The notes: generated from the letters alone by a model not told the origin. A stretch of 37,592 bases of DNA from Methanobacteriota archaeon (GCA_027064305.1 JAMOPY010000033.1:1-37592), one strand, 5' to 3'. Positions 17,213 to 26,075 are shown, numbered from the stretch's first letter. Made by a program: numbers and translations.

Positions 17213-18169
17213 TTGACCCTCGTGCTGGCCTACGCGGGCACGGACGGTGCCCTGATCGCCGGCGACCGACGCACCCTGGTCGCGCGCGCCGAGGAGGAGA
17301 AGATGAGCGAGCTCGAGCGCCGGCTGTACTCGGGTGAGGTGCGCACGCGGGAGGAGTTCGAGCGGCTGGTCGAGGAGCTCGGGATCGAGGGGTACGTGGA
17401 CTTTCACGACGATCGGGAGAAGGTCTGGAAGGTGAACGACGAGGTGCTGGCGGGCGAGGTCGGGATCCGCTCCGCGCGGGGCGTGCGCCGGCGGCGGGTG
17501 TACGTGACCCCGGGGGCCCACGCGTTCGTGGAGCTGGAGGGGGACGAGGTGCGGTCGAAGCGGTTCGGCGGCCCCGCGCTCATCGTGGAGGGGCCCAAGG
17601 TGGTGAAGGAGCTGGTTTCCGAGTTCCTGGAGGACCTGGGGCGCCCGGACCTGGAGACCCTGCGGGATTCGCTCGACGATCTCTTCGATTACGTCGCGTC
17701 CGAGACCATCCTGGTGAGCCGGGAGTACGACTCGTACGTGGTGGAGGGCGGGGCCGACCCGCTGGCCCGGGCCCGGCTGCAGAGCGCGATCCGTGAGGAC
17801 GTGGAGGAGCTGCGCCGGTACCGGCGTCAGTTGGCGGAGGAGATGCTCAAGCACGTGCGCGAGGCGTACGACCTGCTGAAGGAGGGTGAGGTGGGCGAGG
17901 TGGTCGAGGTGGGTACCGAGGAGGAGGGGCAGGGGGTGGAGGATGAGCCCCCGGAGCGTCGGATCGTGGTGCGGCTGGCGGACGGGGTGGAGGCCCGCTA
18001 CTGGGGGGACGTGGTGGCGGGCCCGGGTGAGACGGTGGTGATGGCCGTGGAGGATCCGGAGCGGGTGGAGCCGGGCGACCGGGTCGTCGTGGAGGACGGG
18101 GAAATGAAGATAGCGAAAAAGGGCGTGCCCGTCAAGACGGGGTACTCGATCTGCCGAGCGAGGGACTAG
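17213..18169 (+). CDS. Connectase family protein (DUF2121/MJ0548-like, Ntn fold)
   Basis: From TTG 17213 (after GGAGG): M-TLVLAYAGTDGALIAGDRR, LYSGEVRTREE, KVWKV..VLAGEV, RRRVYVT; N-terminal Thr exposed after Met removal. Confidence 0.8.
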   Translation: MTLVLAYAGTDGALIAGDRRTLVARAEEEKMSELERRLYSGEVRTREEFERLVEELGIEGYVDFHDDREKVWKVNDEVLAGEVGIRSARGVRRRRVYVTPGAHAFVELEGDEVRSKRFGGPALIVEGPKVVKELVSEFLEDLGRPDLETLRDSLDDLFDYVASETILVSREYDSYVVEGGADPLARARLQSAIREDVEELRRYRRQLAEEMLKHVREAYDLLKEGEVGEVVEVGTEEEGQGVEDEPPERRIVVRLADGVEARYWGDVVAGPGETVVMAVEDPERVEPGDRVVVEDGEMKIAKKGVPVKTGYSICRARD

Positions 18170-18173
18170 ATCG

Positions 18174-18960
18174 GTGGACGGGCGCCTCCGTCTTCTTCGC
18201 CGGGACCGGCGGCGGACGGTTCGCGATGATCACGCAGAAGCGCCGGACCGGTGGCTTCCGGCTCGAGCTGCCGGGGCTCCGGTTGCAGGTGGATCCGGGC
18301 CCGGGCTGCCTGCTCAGCACTCGGCTCGCCGGCCGGTCAACGACGGCCGTCGACGCGATCTTCGTCTCCCACTCGCACCCGGACCACTACACGGAGGCGG
18401 AGGTGCTCATCGAGGCGATGACCCGCGGGGGAACGCGGAACCGGGGCCTGTTTCTGGGATCCAGGTCGGCCGTGGAGGGGTACCGGGACGGGTCGGGCGA
18501 TTACGGGCCCGTCATCAGCGCGTACCATCGGGAGCTCCCCGAGCGCGTGGTCGGGCTGTCGCCCGGGGACGAGGTCCGGCTCCCGGAGGGTCGGTTGGAG
18601 GCGACGCCCACGGAGCACGGGGACCCGACGGGGATCGGGTTCCGGCTGGAGTACGAGGACGGGGTGATCTACTACACCGGTGACACGGCGCTGGTGGACG
18701 GGCTGTTCGACTGCATCGAGGACGCGATGACGGCCATCGTCAACGTGGTCCGGCCAGGCTCCGACCGGATCCGCGGGCACATGTGCACGCGCGACGTCAT
18801 CGAGCTGGTGCGGGAGGCGTCGGAGCTGGAGCGGGTGTTCATCACGCACTTCGGGATGAAGATGATCCGGGTGGGCCCGGGCCGGGAGGCGCGCCGGATC
18901 GAGCGGGAGACCGGCGTGGAGACGATCGCCCCTCGGGACGGTCGCGCGTACCGGATCTAG
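18174..18960 (+). CDS. Metallo-beta-lactamase-fold hydrolase; start apparently frameshifted
   Basis: DPGPG, SHSHPDH, YTGDT, THFG. The conserved FFAGTGGGRF lies in-frame upstream of ATG 18226, while GTG 18174 is one base out of frame. Confidence 0.8.
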
Positions 18961-19370
18961 CGGGGCGGGATGCCCGAGGCCTCCTCCTTCACGATGACGA
19001 GCTCGTCCGGATCCTCGCCGTACCTGCGCAGCAGGTCGCGGAAGGACCTGCCCTTCCACACGAACGAGACTCCTCCGATGAGCACGTGCGCGTCCTCGAA
19101 CTCCTCCTTCGCCCACTCCATGAGGTCGATCGCCATCGCCTCCAGGTTCCTCGGGTCCACGAGCGTGCGGTCCGCCCCGCTCTCCTCCGACTCCTTCAGC
19201 CCTATGTAGACCAGGAACACGTCCTCGCCCCGGGAGACGAGCTTCGAGACCGGGTCCGGGTCGTCCTCCCGGCCCGGTCGCACGGCCACGTAGATCTCGT
19301 CCACGAGCTGCGAGTCGACCCGGGGAGAGACCTCCGACGCGATCCTCTCCGCGATCTCCTCCGGCTTCAT
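18957..19370 (-). CDS. Hypothetical acidic protein
   Basis: ATG 19370 after GGAGGAG, overlapping the upstream stop; 137 aa. Confidence 0.7.
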   Translation of the reverse strand: MKPEEIAERIASEVSPRVDSQLVDEIYVAVRPGREDDPDPVSKLVSRGEDVFLVYIGLKESEESGADRTLVDPRNLEAMAIDLMEWAKEEFEDAHVLIGGVSFVWKGRSFRDLLRRYGEDPDELVIVKEEASGIPPR

Positions 19371-20062
19371 CGCTCCTCCTCCCACTCACGCACCGGCTCG
19401 AACTCCGCCACGTCCACCTTCTCCGGCATCCCGCCGTACATCTCCTCGAGCGCCTCCAGGCACTCCTCCTTGCTCTCGAACCCCGCCTCCCGGTGGTACC
19501 GCTCCGCCGCCTCCTCCGGATCCAGCCCCTTCTCCACGTTCCGGACAACCGTCTCCACGCACCGCATCGTCCCCGCCTTGAAGTTCTTGAACACGAGCGT
19601 GTCACCCGGCTCCAGGTACCGGAACGATCGGTGGTCCGAGGGCCGGATCTCCGCCGTTTTCAGGCCCTCCACGATCAGGTCGAAGAACTCCTCCCTGGTC
19701 ATGAGCTCGATCACGCGCCGCGGCGGCCGCTCACCCAACCGCTCCCGCAGCCGCCGCGCCTCGAACTCCGGGATCCACACCCGCGCCACCTTGTTCTTCA
19801 GGTCCACCTCCTCCAGCCGGACGATGAGCTCCTCGCCCGGGATGAAGAGGAGCTCCAGGTCCACCGGCTCGGGCCAGTCCAGCGCGGCCCGGATGGCGCC
19901 CGCCGGCAGGAACACGCCGAACGGGAGGCCCAGCTCCAGCTGAATCCCCTGATCCCCCTTGATCTGAGCCACCACGGCCTCCACGTACTCACCCACCGCC
20001 CGGTGCGGGTTCTTCGCCACCTCCGAACGGCTGAGCACGCGCTCGGGCCGCTCCTCGCCCAT
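19367..20062 (-). CDS. S1-like domain + ASCH (PUA-like) domain protein
   Basis: N-half VGEYVEAVVAQI...GVFLP...PGEELIVRLEEVD (S1 pattern); C-half EEFFDLIVEGLKTAEIR...GDTLVF (ASCH GxKxxExR motif). Confidence 0.7.
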   Translation of the reverse strand: MGEERPERVLSRSEVAKNPHRAVGEYVEAVVAQIKGDQGIQLELGLPFGVFLPAGAIRAALDWPEPVDLELLFIPGEELIVRLEEVDLKNKVARVWIPEFEARRLRERLGERPPRRVIELMTREEFFDLIVEGLKTAEIRPSDHRSFRYLEPGDTLVFKNFKAGTMRCVETVVRNVEKGLDPEEAAERYHREAGFESKEECLEALEEMYGGMPEKVDVAEFEPVREWEEER

Positions 20063-20079
20063 CCCTCACACCCCGCGGT

Positions 20080-20140
20080 GGGTCGGCCTATCGGGGTCCT
20101 CGATCATCCGCCCCTCCGCTCCTGCCGGTCTCGTCATCCC
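20080..20140 (-). ncRNA. Box C/D sRNA candidate overlapping the pcm stop codon
   Basis: ggg, ATGACGA (C), gaccggcaggag, CGGA (D'), ggggcgg, ATGATCG (C'), aggaccccgatagg, CCGA (D), ccc. Confidence 0.72.
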
Positions 20141-20811
20141 CGCTCCGGGAACCCCTCCTCACCCACCAGCGGGACGAACGCGCACCCGCCGTGCCGCTCC
20201 CGGCGGATCCGACCGTCCTTCGTCTTCTCCACCACCCACAGCTCCTGCATGTGCCGGTCCCCGACGGGGATCACGAGCCGGCCCCCGGGCTTCAGCTGCT
20301 CGAGCAGGCTGGGCGGCACGTCCGGGGCGCCCGCCGTCACCAGGATCCGGTCGTAGGGGGCCTCCGGCGGGTACCCCTTCGACCCGTCCCCCACCTTGAC
20401 CTCCACCCACCGATCGTACCCGGTCCGCCTTAGATTCTCCCGGGCGAACTCGGCCAGCTCCGGGATCCGCTCCACCGTGATCACCTTCCCGTCCGGCTTC
20501 ACCAGCTCCGCGACCACGGCCGCGTGGTACCCCGAGCCCGCGCCCACCTCCAGCACCTTGTCGCCCGGCCGCGGGTCGAGCAGCTCCGTCATCAGGGCGA
20601 CCATGTGCGGGGCCGAGATCGTCTGCCCCTTTCCGATGGGCAGGGGCGAGTCCACGTAGGCCCGGTCCCGCAGCTCCCGGGGCACGAACTCGTGCCGGGG
20701 CACCCTCCGCATCGCCTCCTCCACGCGCTTCGACCGGATGTACCCCAGGGACTTCAACCGCTCGATCAGCCGCTCTCGGGCGCGGCGGAACACCTCGTCG
20801 TCCTCGACCAC
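20134..20811 (-). CDS. pcm: Protein-L-isoaspartate O-methyltransferase
   Basis: VPRHEFVP, GQTISAPHMV, VLEVGAGSGY, APYDRILVTA, QLKPGGRLVIPVG, FVPLVG. Confidence 0.95.
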   Translation of the reverse strand: MVEDDEVFRRARERLIERLKSLGYIRSKRVEEAMRRVPRHEFVPRELRDRAYVDSPLPIGKGQTISAPHMVALMTELLDPRPGDKVLEVGAGSGYHAAVVAELVKPDGKVITVERIPELAEFARENLRRTGYDRWVEVKVGDGSKGYPPEAPYDRILVTAGAPDVPPSLLEQLKPGGRLVIPVGDRHMQELWVVEKTKDGRIRRERHGGCAFVPLVGEEGFPERG

Positions 20812-20884
20812 GCGCGCTCCCCCCTGGGCCCGGGACCGCAGGGGTTTTTGACGTGCGTCCCTCACCGGCCCGGGGGTGCCGCCC

Positions 20885-21319
20885 GTGTCCGAGATCCGGC
20901 TGGGCCTCGTCGTCACCGAGTTCAACCGGGAGATCACGTACGCGATGGAGGAGCTGGCGGTCCAGCACGCGAAGGACCTCGGGGCCCGGGTCGTGGAGCG
21001 CGTGCTCGTGCCCGGCTCGTTCGAGGTCCCCCTCGCCGTCAAGCGGCTGCTGGAGCGGGACGACATCGACGCCGTGGTCACGCTGGGCGCGATCATCAAG
21101 GGGGACACGGACCACGATCAGGCCATCGCGCAGCAGGCCTTCCGGAAGCTCCAGGACCTGATGGTCGAGTACGGGAAGCCCGTCGCCCTCGGGATCTCCG
21201 GCCCGGGGATGACGCGCATGGAGGCGCTGGAGCGCGTGCACTACGCCAAGCGGGCCGTCGAGGCGGCGGTGAAGATGGTCCGCCGCCTGCGCGAGCTGGA
21301 GGGGTCGGGGGAGGCGTAA
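20885..21319 (+). CDS. ribH: 6,7-dimethyl-8-ribityllumazine synthase
   Basis: EFNREIT, VPGSFEVPL, LGAIIKGDTDHD, PVALGISGPG. Confidence 0.95.
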   Translation: MSEIRLGLVVTEFNREITYAMEELAVQHAKDLGARVVERVLVPGSFEVPLAVKRLLERDDIDAVVTLGAIIKGDTDHDQAIAQQAFRKLQDLMVEYGKPVALGISGPGMTRMEALERVHYAKRAVEAAVKMVRRLRELEGSGEA

Positions 21320-21360
21320 TCGTTAAGTACGTACGGGCGGCTAGGCACCGCCGGCGGACC

Positions 21361-21438
21361 GCCGCGGCAGCTCAGCCTGGTTAGAGCGCGGGACTTGTAA
21401 TCCCGTGGCCCCGGGTTCAAATCCCGGCCGCGGCTCCA
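21361..21438 (+). tRNA. tRNA-Thr(UGU), gene-encoded C8, CCA encoded
   Basis: GCCGCGG-CA-GCTC..GAGC-G-CGGGA-CT-TGT-AA-TCCCG-TGGCC-CCGGG-TTCAAAT-CCCGG-CCGCGGC-T-CCA; TATA-like TTAAGTA at 21323-21329. Confidence 0.96.
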
Positions 21439-21443
21439 CCGAG

Positions 21444-21468
21444 AATCGTTACGAGAATCTTAACGAAA
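21444..21468. repeat. Dyad motif copy 4
   Basis: AATCGTTA-CGAGAATCT-TAACGAAA, 5 bp after the tRNA CCA. Confidence 0.75.
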
Positions 21469-21481
21469 GCGGGGGACGCCC

Positions 21482-22774
21482 TTGGGGTACGAGGACCGGT
21501 TCCCGGCCTCCAAGGAGGTCTTCGAGCGCGCCGAGCGCGTCATGCCCGGCGGCGTGAGCAGCCCGGTCCGCCGCTTCGACCCCTACCCCTTCTGCGTCGA
21601 GCGCGCGGAGGGCTCCCGCCTGTACACGATCGACGGCCAGGTCCTCATCGACTACTGCCTCGCCTTCGGCCCCCTGATCCTCGGGCACGCGCACCCGGAG
21701 GTCGTCGAGGCGGTCCGGGAGCGGGTGGCCGACGGCTTCCACTACGGCACCCTCACCGAGCCCGAGGTCGCCCTCGCCGAGAAGGTCGTGGACCTCGTCC
21801 CCAACGTGGAGAAGGTCCGCCTCGTGAACACGGGCACCGAGGCCACGATGAGCGCGATCCGCCTCGCCCGCGCGTACACCGGCCGCGACCGGATCATCAA
21901 GTTCGAGGGCTGCTACCACGGCGCGCACGACGCCGTCCTGGTGAAGGCCGGCTCCGGCGCCTCCGAGCTCGGCGCCCCCGACTCCCCCGGCGTGCCCGAG
22001 CCCGTGGCCGAGTGCACGCTCGTCTGCCCCTTCAACGACGTGGAGGCGTTCGTCGAGACCGTCGAACGCTTCGACGAGGAGGTCGGCGCCGTCATCGTCG
22101 AGCCCGTGCTCGGCAACGCCGGCTGCGTGCCCCCCGATCCCGAGTTCCTCAAGACCCTCCGCGAGTACTGCGACGGGACCGAGCGCCTCCTCATCTTCGA
22201 CGAGGTCATCACCGGCTTCCGGCTGGGCCTCGGCGGGGCGCAGGAGTACTACGGCGTGGACGCCGACCTCGTCTGCCTGGGCAAGATCCTCGGCGGCGGA
22301 CTCCCCATCGGCGCGCTCGCCGGGCCCGAGGAGTACATGACCCACGTCGCGCCCGAGGGCAAGGTGTACCAGGCGGGCACCTTCAACGGGAACCCCGTCT
22401 CCGCCACGGCCGGCCTCGCGACCCTCGAGGTGCTCGAGCGGGAGAAACCGTACGACGAGCTCGCGGACAAGGCCGAGCGACTCGCCTCCGCGCTCGCCGA
22501 CGGGCTCGAGGACCGGGGCCTGGAGGGCACGGTCAACCGCGTCGAGTCCATGTTCCAGGTGTACTTCGGCGTGGAGCGCGTGCGGGACTACGGGGACGTC
22601 AACGCCGCGGACCACGACGCCTTCAAGGCCTTCCACCGGGGACTCCTCGAGGAGGGCGTCTGGATCGCCGCCTCCAACTACGAGGCGTGGTTCCTCTCCA
22701 CCGCGCACACCGAGGAGGACCTCGAACGCACCGAGGAGGCGATCGAGTCCGCCCTCGACCGGCTCACGGGATGA
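21482..22774 (+). CDS. hemL: Glutamate-1-semialdehyde 2,1-aminomutase
   Basis: PGGVSSPVR, NTGTEATMSAIRLARAYTGR, FEGCYHG, FDEVITGFR, GKILGGGLP, YQAGTFNGNP. Confidence 0.96.
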   Translation: MGYEDRFPASKEVFERAERVMPGGVSSPVRRFDPYPFCVERAEGSRLYTIDGQVLIDYCLAFGPLILGHAHPEVVEAVRERVADGFHYGTLTEPEVALAEKVVDLVPNVEKVRLVNTGTEATMSAIRLARAYTGRDRIIKFEGCYHGAHDAVLVKAGSGASELGAPDSPGVPEPVAECTLVCPFNDVEAFVETVERFDEEVGAVIVEPVLGNAGCVPPDPEFLKTLREYCDGTERLLIFDEVITGFRLGLGGAQEYYGVDADLVCLGKILGGGLPIGALAGPEEYMTHVAPEGKVYQAGTFNGNPVSATAGLATLEVLEREKPYDELADKAERLASALADGLEDRGLEGTVNRVESMFQVYFGVERVRDYGDVNAADHDAFKAFHRGLLEEGVWIAASNYEAWFLSTAHTEEDLERTEEAIESALDRLTG

Positions 22775-22827
22775 CGAGGCCGTACCGGGTGAGGCCCCGA
22801 TGATCAGTACCTGGGCTTCCCCGACCG
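22767..22827 (+). ncRNA. Box C/D sRNA candidate A, overlapping the hemL stop codon
   Basis: ATGACGA (22771), ggccgtaccgg, GTGA (D'), ggccccg, ATGATCA (C'), gtacctgggcttcc, CCGA (D); cgg/ccg stem. Confidence 0.62.
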
Positions 22828-22837
22828 CCCGGAAACG

Positions 22838-22904
22838 GTAGGATGACGAGGGAGGTTTCAGCGGACGCCCCCGCGGATGACGAGCAGGGGCCTTGCCCGA
22901 CTAC
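22838..22904 (+). ncRNA. Box C/D sRNA candidate B
   Basis: gtag-g, ATGACGA (22843), gggaggtttcag, CGGA (D'), spacer, ATGACGA (22877), gcaggggccttgc, CCGA (D), ctac terminal stem. Confidence 0.78.
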
Positions 22905-23623
22905 GCCAGCCCCCTCCTCCGCATCTCCCGCTCCACGTGCTCGTAGAACGTGACCGGCTCCACCTCCAACGCCCCCGGCGGGATCCCCAGCTCCCCCAGC
23001 CGCTCGACCAACCGCTCCACCTCCTCCCGCTCGAACAGGTCCGGGAGCGCCGGGTGGAACGAGACGCCCTCCCCCATCAGGTACCGCAGGCACCGAAGCT
23101 GCAGCTCGAACCCGCCCGGGTCCGCGTTGGTGATCCGGGCGAAGGACTCCGGATCGCAGCCCTTCAGGCACACCCGCACGTGCAGGTTCTCGAAGTCGGC
23201 CAGCTCGCGCACGAACGACCGGTCCGCCCCCAGCAACGTCCCGTTCGTCTCGAGCACGAACCGCCGCTCGGGCATCGCCCGCTCGCACGCCCCGATCAGC
23301 CTTACCAGGTGCCCCCGACAGAGCGTCGGCTCGCACCCCGAGACCCGGACCACCTCCCCCCGCATGCGCGCCAACCGGCGCGCCACCTCCTCGGGCGAGT
23401 AGAACCGCCAGCGCCGCTCCCACGGGTGCCGGCGCGGGTAGTTGACGTAGCAGTACGCGCAGTCCAGGTTGCACCCGACCGCGTCCGCCGTCGCGCACCC
23501 ACCGTAGAACCGGGTCTCCCGGAACCGATAGTACCTACGAGCGCGGTCCCGGCAGACCCACCGGCGCACCTCCTCCGCCGTCTCCAGCGGATCGTAGCCC
23601 GGCTCCGGTCGCCACTCCCGCAA
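22901..23623 (-). CDS. Radical SAM protein
   Basis: RYYRFR...FYGGCATADAVGCNLDCAYCY, VSGCEP, LETNG; start uncertain (TTG 23623 or GTG 23632). Confidence 0.85.
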   Translation of the reverse strand: MREWRPEPGYDPLETAEEVRRWVCRDRARRYYRFRETRFYGGCATADAVGCNLDCAYCYVNYPRRHPWERRWRFYSPEEVARRLARMRGEVVRVSGCEPTLCRGHLVRLIGACERAMPERRFVLETNGTLLGADRSFVRELADFENLHVRVCLKGCDPESFARITNADPGGFELQLRCLRYLMGEGVSFHPALPDLFEREEVERLVERLGELGIPPGALEVEPVTFYEHVEREMRRRGLA

Positions 23624-23645
23624 GCCGGCCACCCCTACGGGGGCG

Positions 23646-24467
23646 GTGGGAGTGACCTCCACCATCCTGGTCGTGGGGCTCCTGGAGAGCGACTCGGGGA
23701 AGACGACCGCGTCGATCCCGCTGGTCCGCGCCCTGGACCTCGTCCCCTTCAAGCCCCGCTCCGGGCACAACGTGTGGCTGCACTACGATCACACCCGCCG
23801 GTGCGTCGAGCTCGGGATCCCCGTGAGCCGGGACGCGACCCGGCTCCTGCGCGCCGCCGGGGTGGACCTGCCCCCCACCCTCGTGAACCCGTTCCACCGC
23901 GTCTGGACCACCCCCGACGTGGCCAAGGCCGTCGAGTCCGACGTCTCCCTCCGGTACGTCTCCAGCCGCCCCGACGCGTACGTGCTCCTTGACCGGATGG
24001 GGAGCACCGTGCGGCTCTACGGGTCGGACGACCTGCGCTACCTGCCCGAGGAGGCGACGCGCATGCTCGAGAACTGCGACCGGGTCGAGGAGCGCGCCGA
24101 GGAGCCCAGCCCGGAGGAGATCTACCGCGTCATCGACCGGGCCTGGCGCCGGATCCGCCGCGAGGGACCCGCGCTCGTGGAGAGCCTGAACAACCTGGCC
24201 GTCCCCTGGCCCGGGGTGCTCCGGGAGCGGGGCGTGGTCGTGGCGGTGGGCCCGGGCGTCGCCCTGCTCTACGACCTCCGGGACTACGCCCGGGCCGTGG
24301 AGACCCTGTCCGCCGGGCGCGAGGTCGTCACCCTGAACGTGCTCGAGGTCCTGGAGCCGCTCGAGGTGGTCCGGCTGCCCCCGCTCTCGAGAGAGGAGCG
24401 CGCCGACCCGCGAAAGCTTGAAGAATCCTACGGGGAGCTCGTCGCGGCCGTTAGGGACGCCCTGTAG
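23646..24467 (+). CDS. Archaeal predicted P-loop ATPase
   Basis: ILVVGLLESDSGKTT, FKPRSGHNVW, VNP, LVES. Confidence 0.75.
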   Translation: MGVTSTILVVGLLESDSGKTTASIPLVRALDLVPFKPRSGHNVWLHYDHTRRCVELGIPVSRDATRLLRAAGVDLPPTLVNPFHRVWTTPDVAKAVESDVSLRYVSSRPDAYVLLDRMGSTVRLYGSDDLRYLPEEATRMLENCDRVEERAEEPSPEEIYRVIDRAWRRIRREGPALVESLNNLAVPWPGVLRERGVVVAVGPGVALLYDLRDYARAVETLSAGREVVTLNVLEVLEPLEVVRLPPLSREERADPRKLEESYGELVAAVRDAL

Positions 24468-24512
24468 CGGGGGACGTTCCCGTGGGGGATCGCTTTATCC
24501 GAAGCGCGGCGG

Positions 24513-26075
24513 GTGCTTGAGGCGGCCAACCGGGACGCGGACCTGCCCGACCGGGTCCGCATCTTCGACACGACGCTGCGGGACGGGGAGCAGACGCCCG
24601 GCGTCGCCCTCACGCCCGAGGAGAAGCTGACGATCGCGCGGAAGCTGGATGAGGTGGGCGTGGACACGATCGAGGCCGGGTTCGCGGCCGCCAGCGAGGG
24701 TGAGAGGAAGGCCATCCGGAGGATCGCCCGGGAGGGGCTCGACGCCGAGGTCTGCAGCATGGCGAGGATGGTCGAGGGTGACGTGGACGCGGCCGTGGAG
24801 GCGGACGCGGACGCGGTCCACATCGTCGTGCCCACCTCCCGCGTGCACGTGAGGAAGAAGCTGGGCATGACCCGAGAGGAGGTGCTCGAGCGGGCCGCCG
24901 AGACGGTCGAGTACGCCCGGGACCACGGCCTGACCGTCGAGATCTCCACGGAGGACGGCACCCGAACCGAGCTGGAGTACCTCCGCCGGGTCTTCCGCGC
25001 CTGCCTGGAGGCGGGGGCGGAGCGGGTCGGGTACAACGACACGGTGGGCGTGATGGCCCCGGAGGGCATGTTCTACGCGGTGAGGAGGCTGCGCGAGCCC
25101 CTGGACGACGGGGTCATCCTCAGCGTGCACTGCCACGACGACTTCGGGATGGCGACCGCGAACACGGTGGCCGCCGTCCGGGCCGGGGCCGAGCAGGTGC
25201 ACGTGACCGTGAACGGGATCGGGGAGCGGGCGGGGAACGCCGCGCTCGAGGAGGTCGTGATCGTCCTCGAGGAGCTGTACGGCGTGGACACCGGCATCGA
25301 GACCGAGCGGCTCACCGAGCTGTCCAAGCTCGTGGAGCGCCTCACGGGCGTGCAGGTCCCACCCAACAAGGCCGTGGTCGGGGAGAACGCGTTCACCCAC
25401 GAGTCCGGGATCCACGTGGACGGGCTCATGAAGGACGAGACCACCTACGAGCCCATCCCGCCCGAGAAGGTCGGCCGCAAACGCCGCTTCGTCCTGGGTA
25501 AGCACGTGGGCACCGCCGTGATCCGCGAGAAGCTCCGCCGAATGAACATCGAGGTGAACGAGGAACAGCTCCTCGAGATCACGAAACGGCTCAAGCGCCT
25601 CGGCGACCGGGGCAAGCGGATCACCGAGGCCGACCTGCGCGCGATCGCGGAGGACGTGCTCGAGCGCCCGCGACGGCGCGACATCGAGGTCGACGACTTC
25701 ACCACCGTGACCGGAAAGCGGGCGCTCCCCACCGCCTCCGTCGTCATCGAGATCGACGGCACCCGCAAGGAGGCGGCCGCGACCGGCGTGGGGCCCGTGG
25801 ACGCGACCATCAAGGCCCTCCAACGCGCCCTCAGGGACCAAGGGGTCGAGTTCGAACTCGTCGAGTACCGCGCCCGCGCCCTGACCGGAGGCACCGACGC
25901 GATCACCCACGTGGACATCAAGCTCCGCGACCCGGAGACGGGCGAGACCGTCAGCTCCGGCGCCTCCCACGAGGACATCGTCGTGGCCAGCCTCCAGGCC
26001 TTCGTGGACGGCGTCAACGCCCTGATCGCCCGACGCGAGGGCCACGACCCCGAGGACTCACAGGCAGACGCGTGA
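24513..26075 (+). CDS. cimA: (R)-citramalate synthase (LeuA/CimA family)
   Basis: DTTLRDGEQ, HCHDD, GERAGN, HESGIHVDG and LeuA regulatory domain. VHIVVPTS and GGTDA favour CimA over LeuA; the paralog assignment is less certain than the family. Confidence 0.75.
   Translation: MLEAANRDADLPDRVRIFDTTLRDGEQTPGVALTPEEKLTIARKLDEVGVDTIEAGFAAASEGERKAIRRIAREGLDAEVCSMARMVEGDVDAAVEADADAVHIVVPTSRVHVRKKLGMTREEVLERAAETVEYARDHGLTVEISTEDGTRTELEYLRRVFRACLEAGAERVGYNDTVGVMAPEGMFYAVRRLREPLDDGVILSVHCHDDFGMATANTVAAVRAGAEQVHVTVNGIGERAGNAALEEVVIVLEELYGVDTGIETERLTELSKLVERLTGVQVPPNKAVVGENAFTHESGIHVDGLMKDETTYEPIPPEKVGRKRRFVLGKHVGTAVIREKLRRMNIEVNEEQLLEITKRLKRLGDRGKRITEADLRAIAEDVLERPRRRDIEVDDFTTVTGKRALPTASVVIEIDGTRKEAAATGVGPVDATIKALQRALRDQGVEFELVEYRARALTGGTDAITHVDIKLRDPETGETVSSGASHEDIVVASLQAFVDGVNALIARREGHDPEDSQADA

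Noticed and set aside
21318-21326. AATCGTTA half-site of the dyad upstream of tRNA-Thr
   Set aside because: No second half at the fixed spacing; it overlaps the tRNA TATA box.
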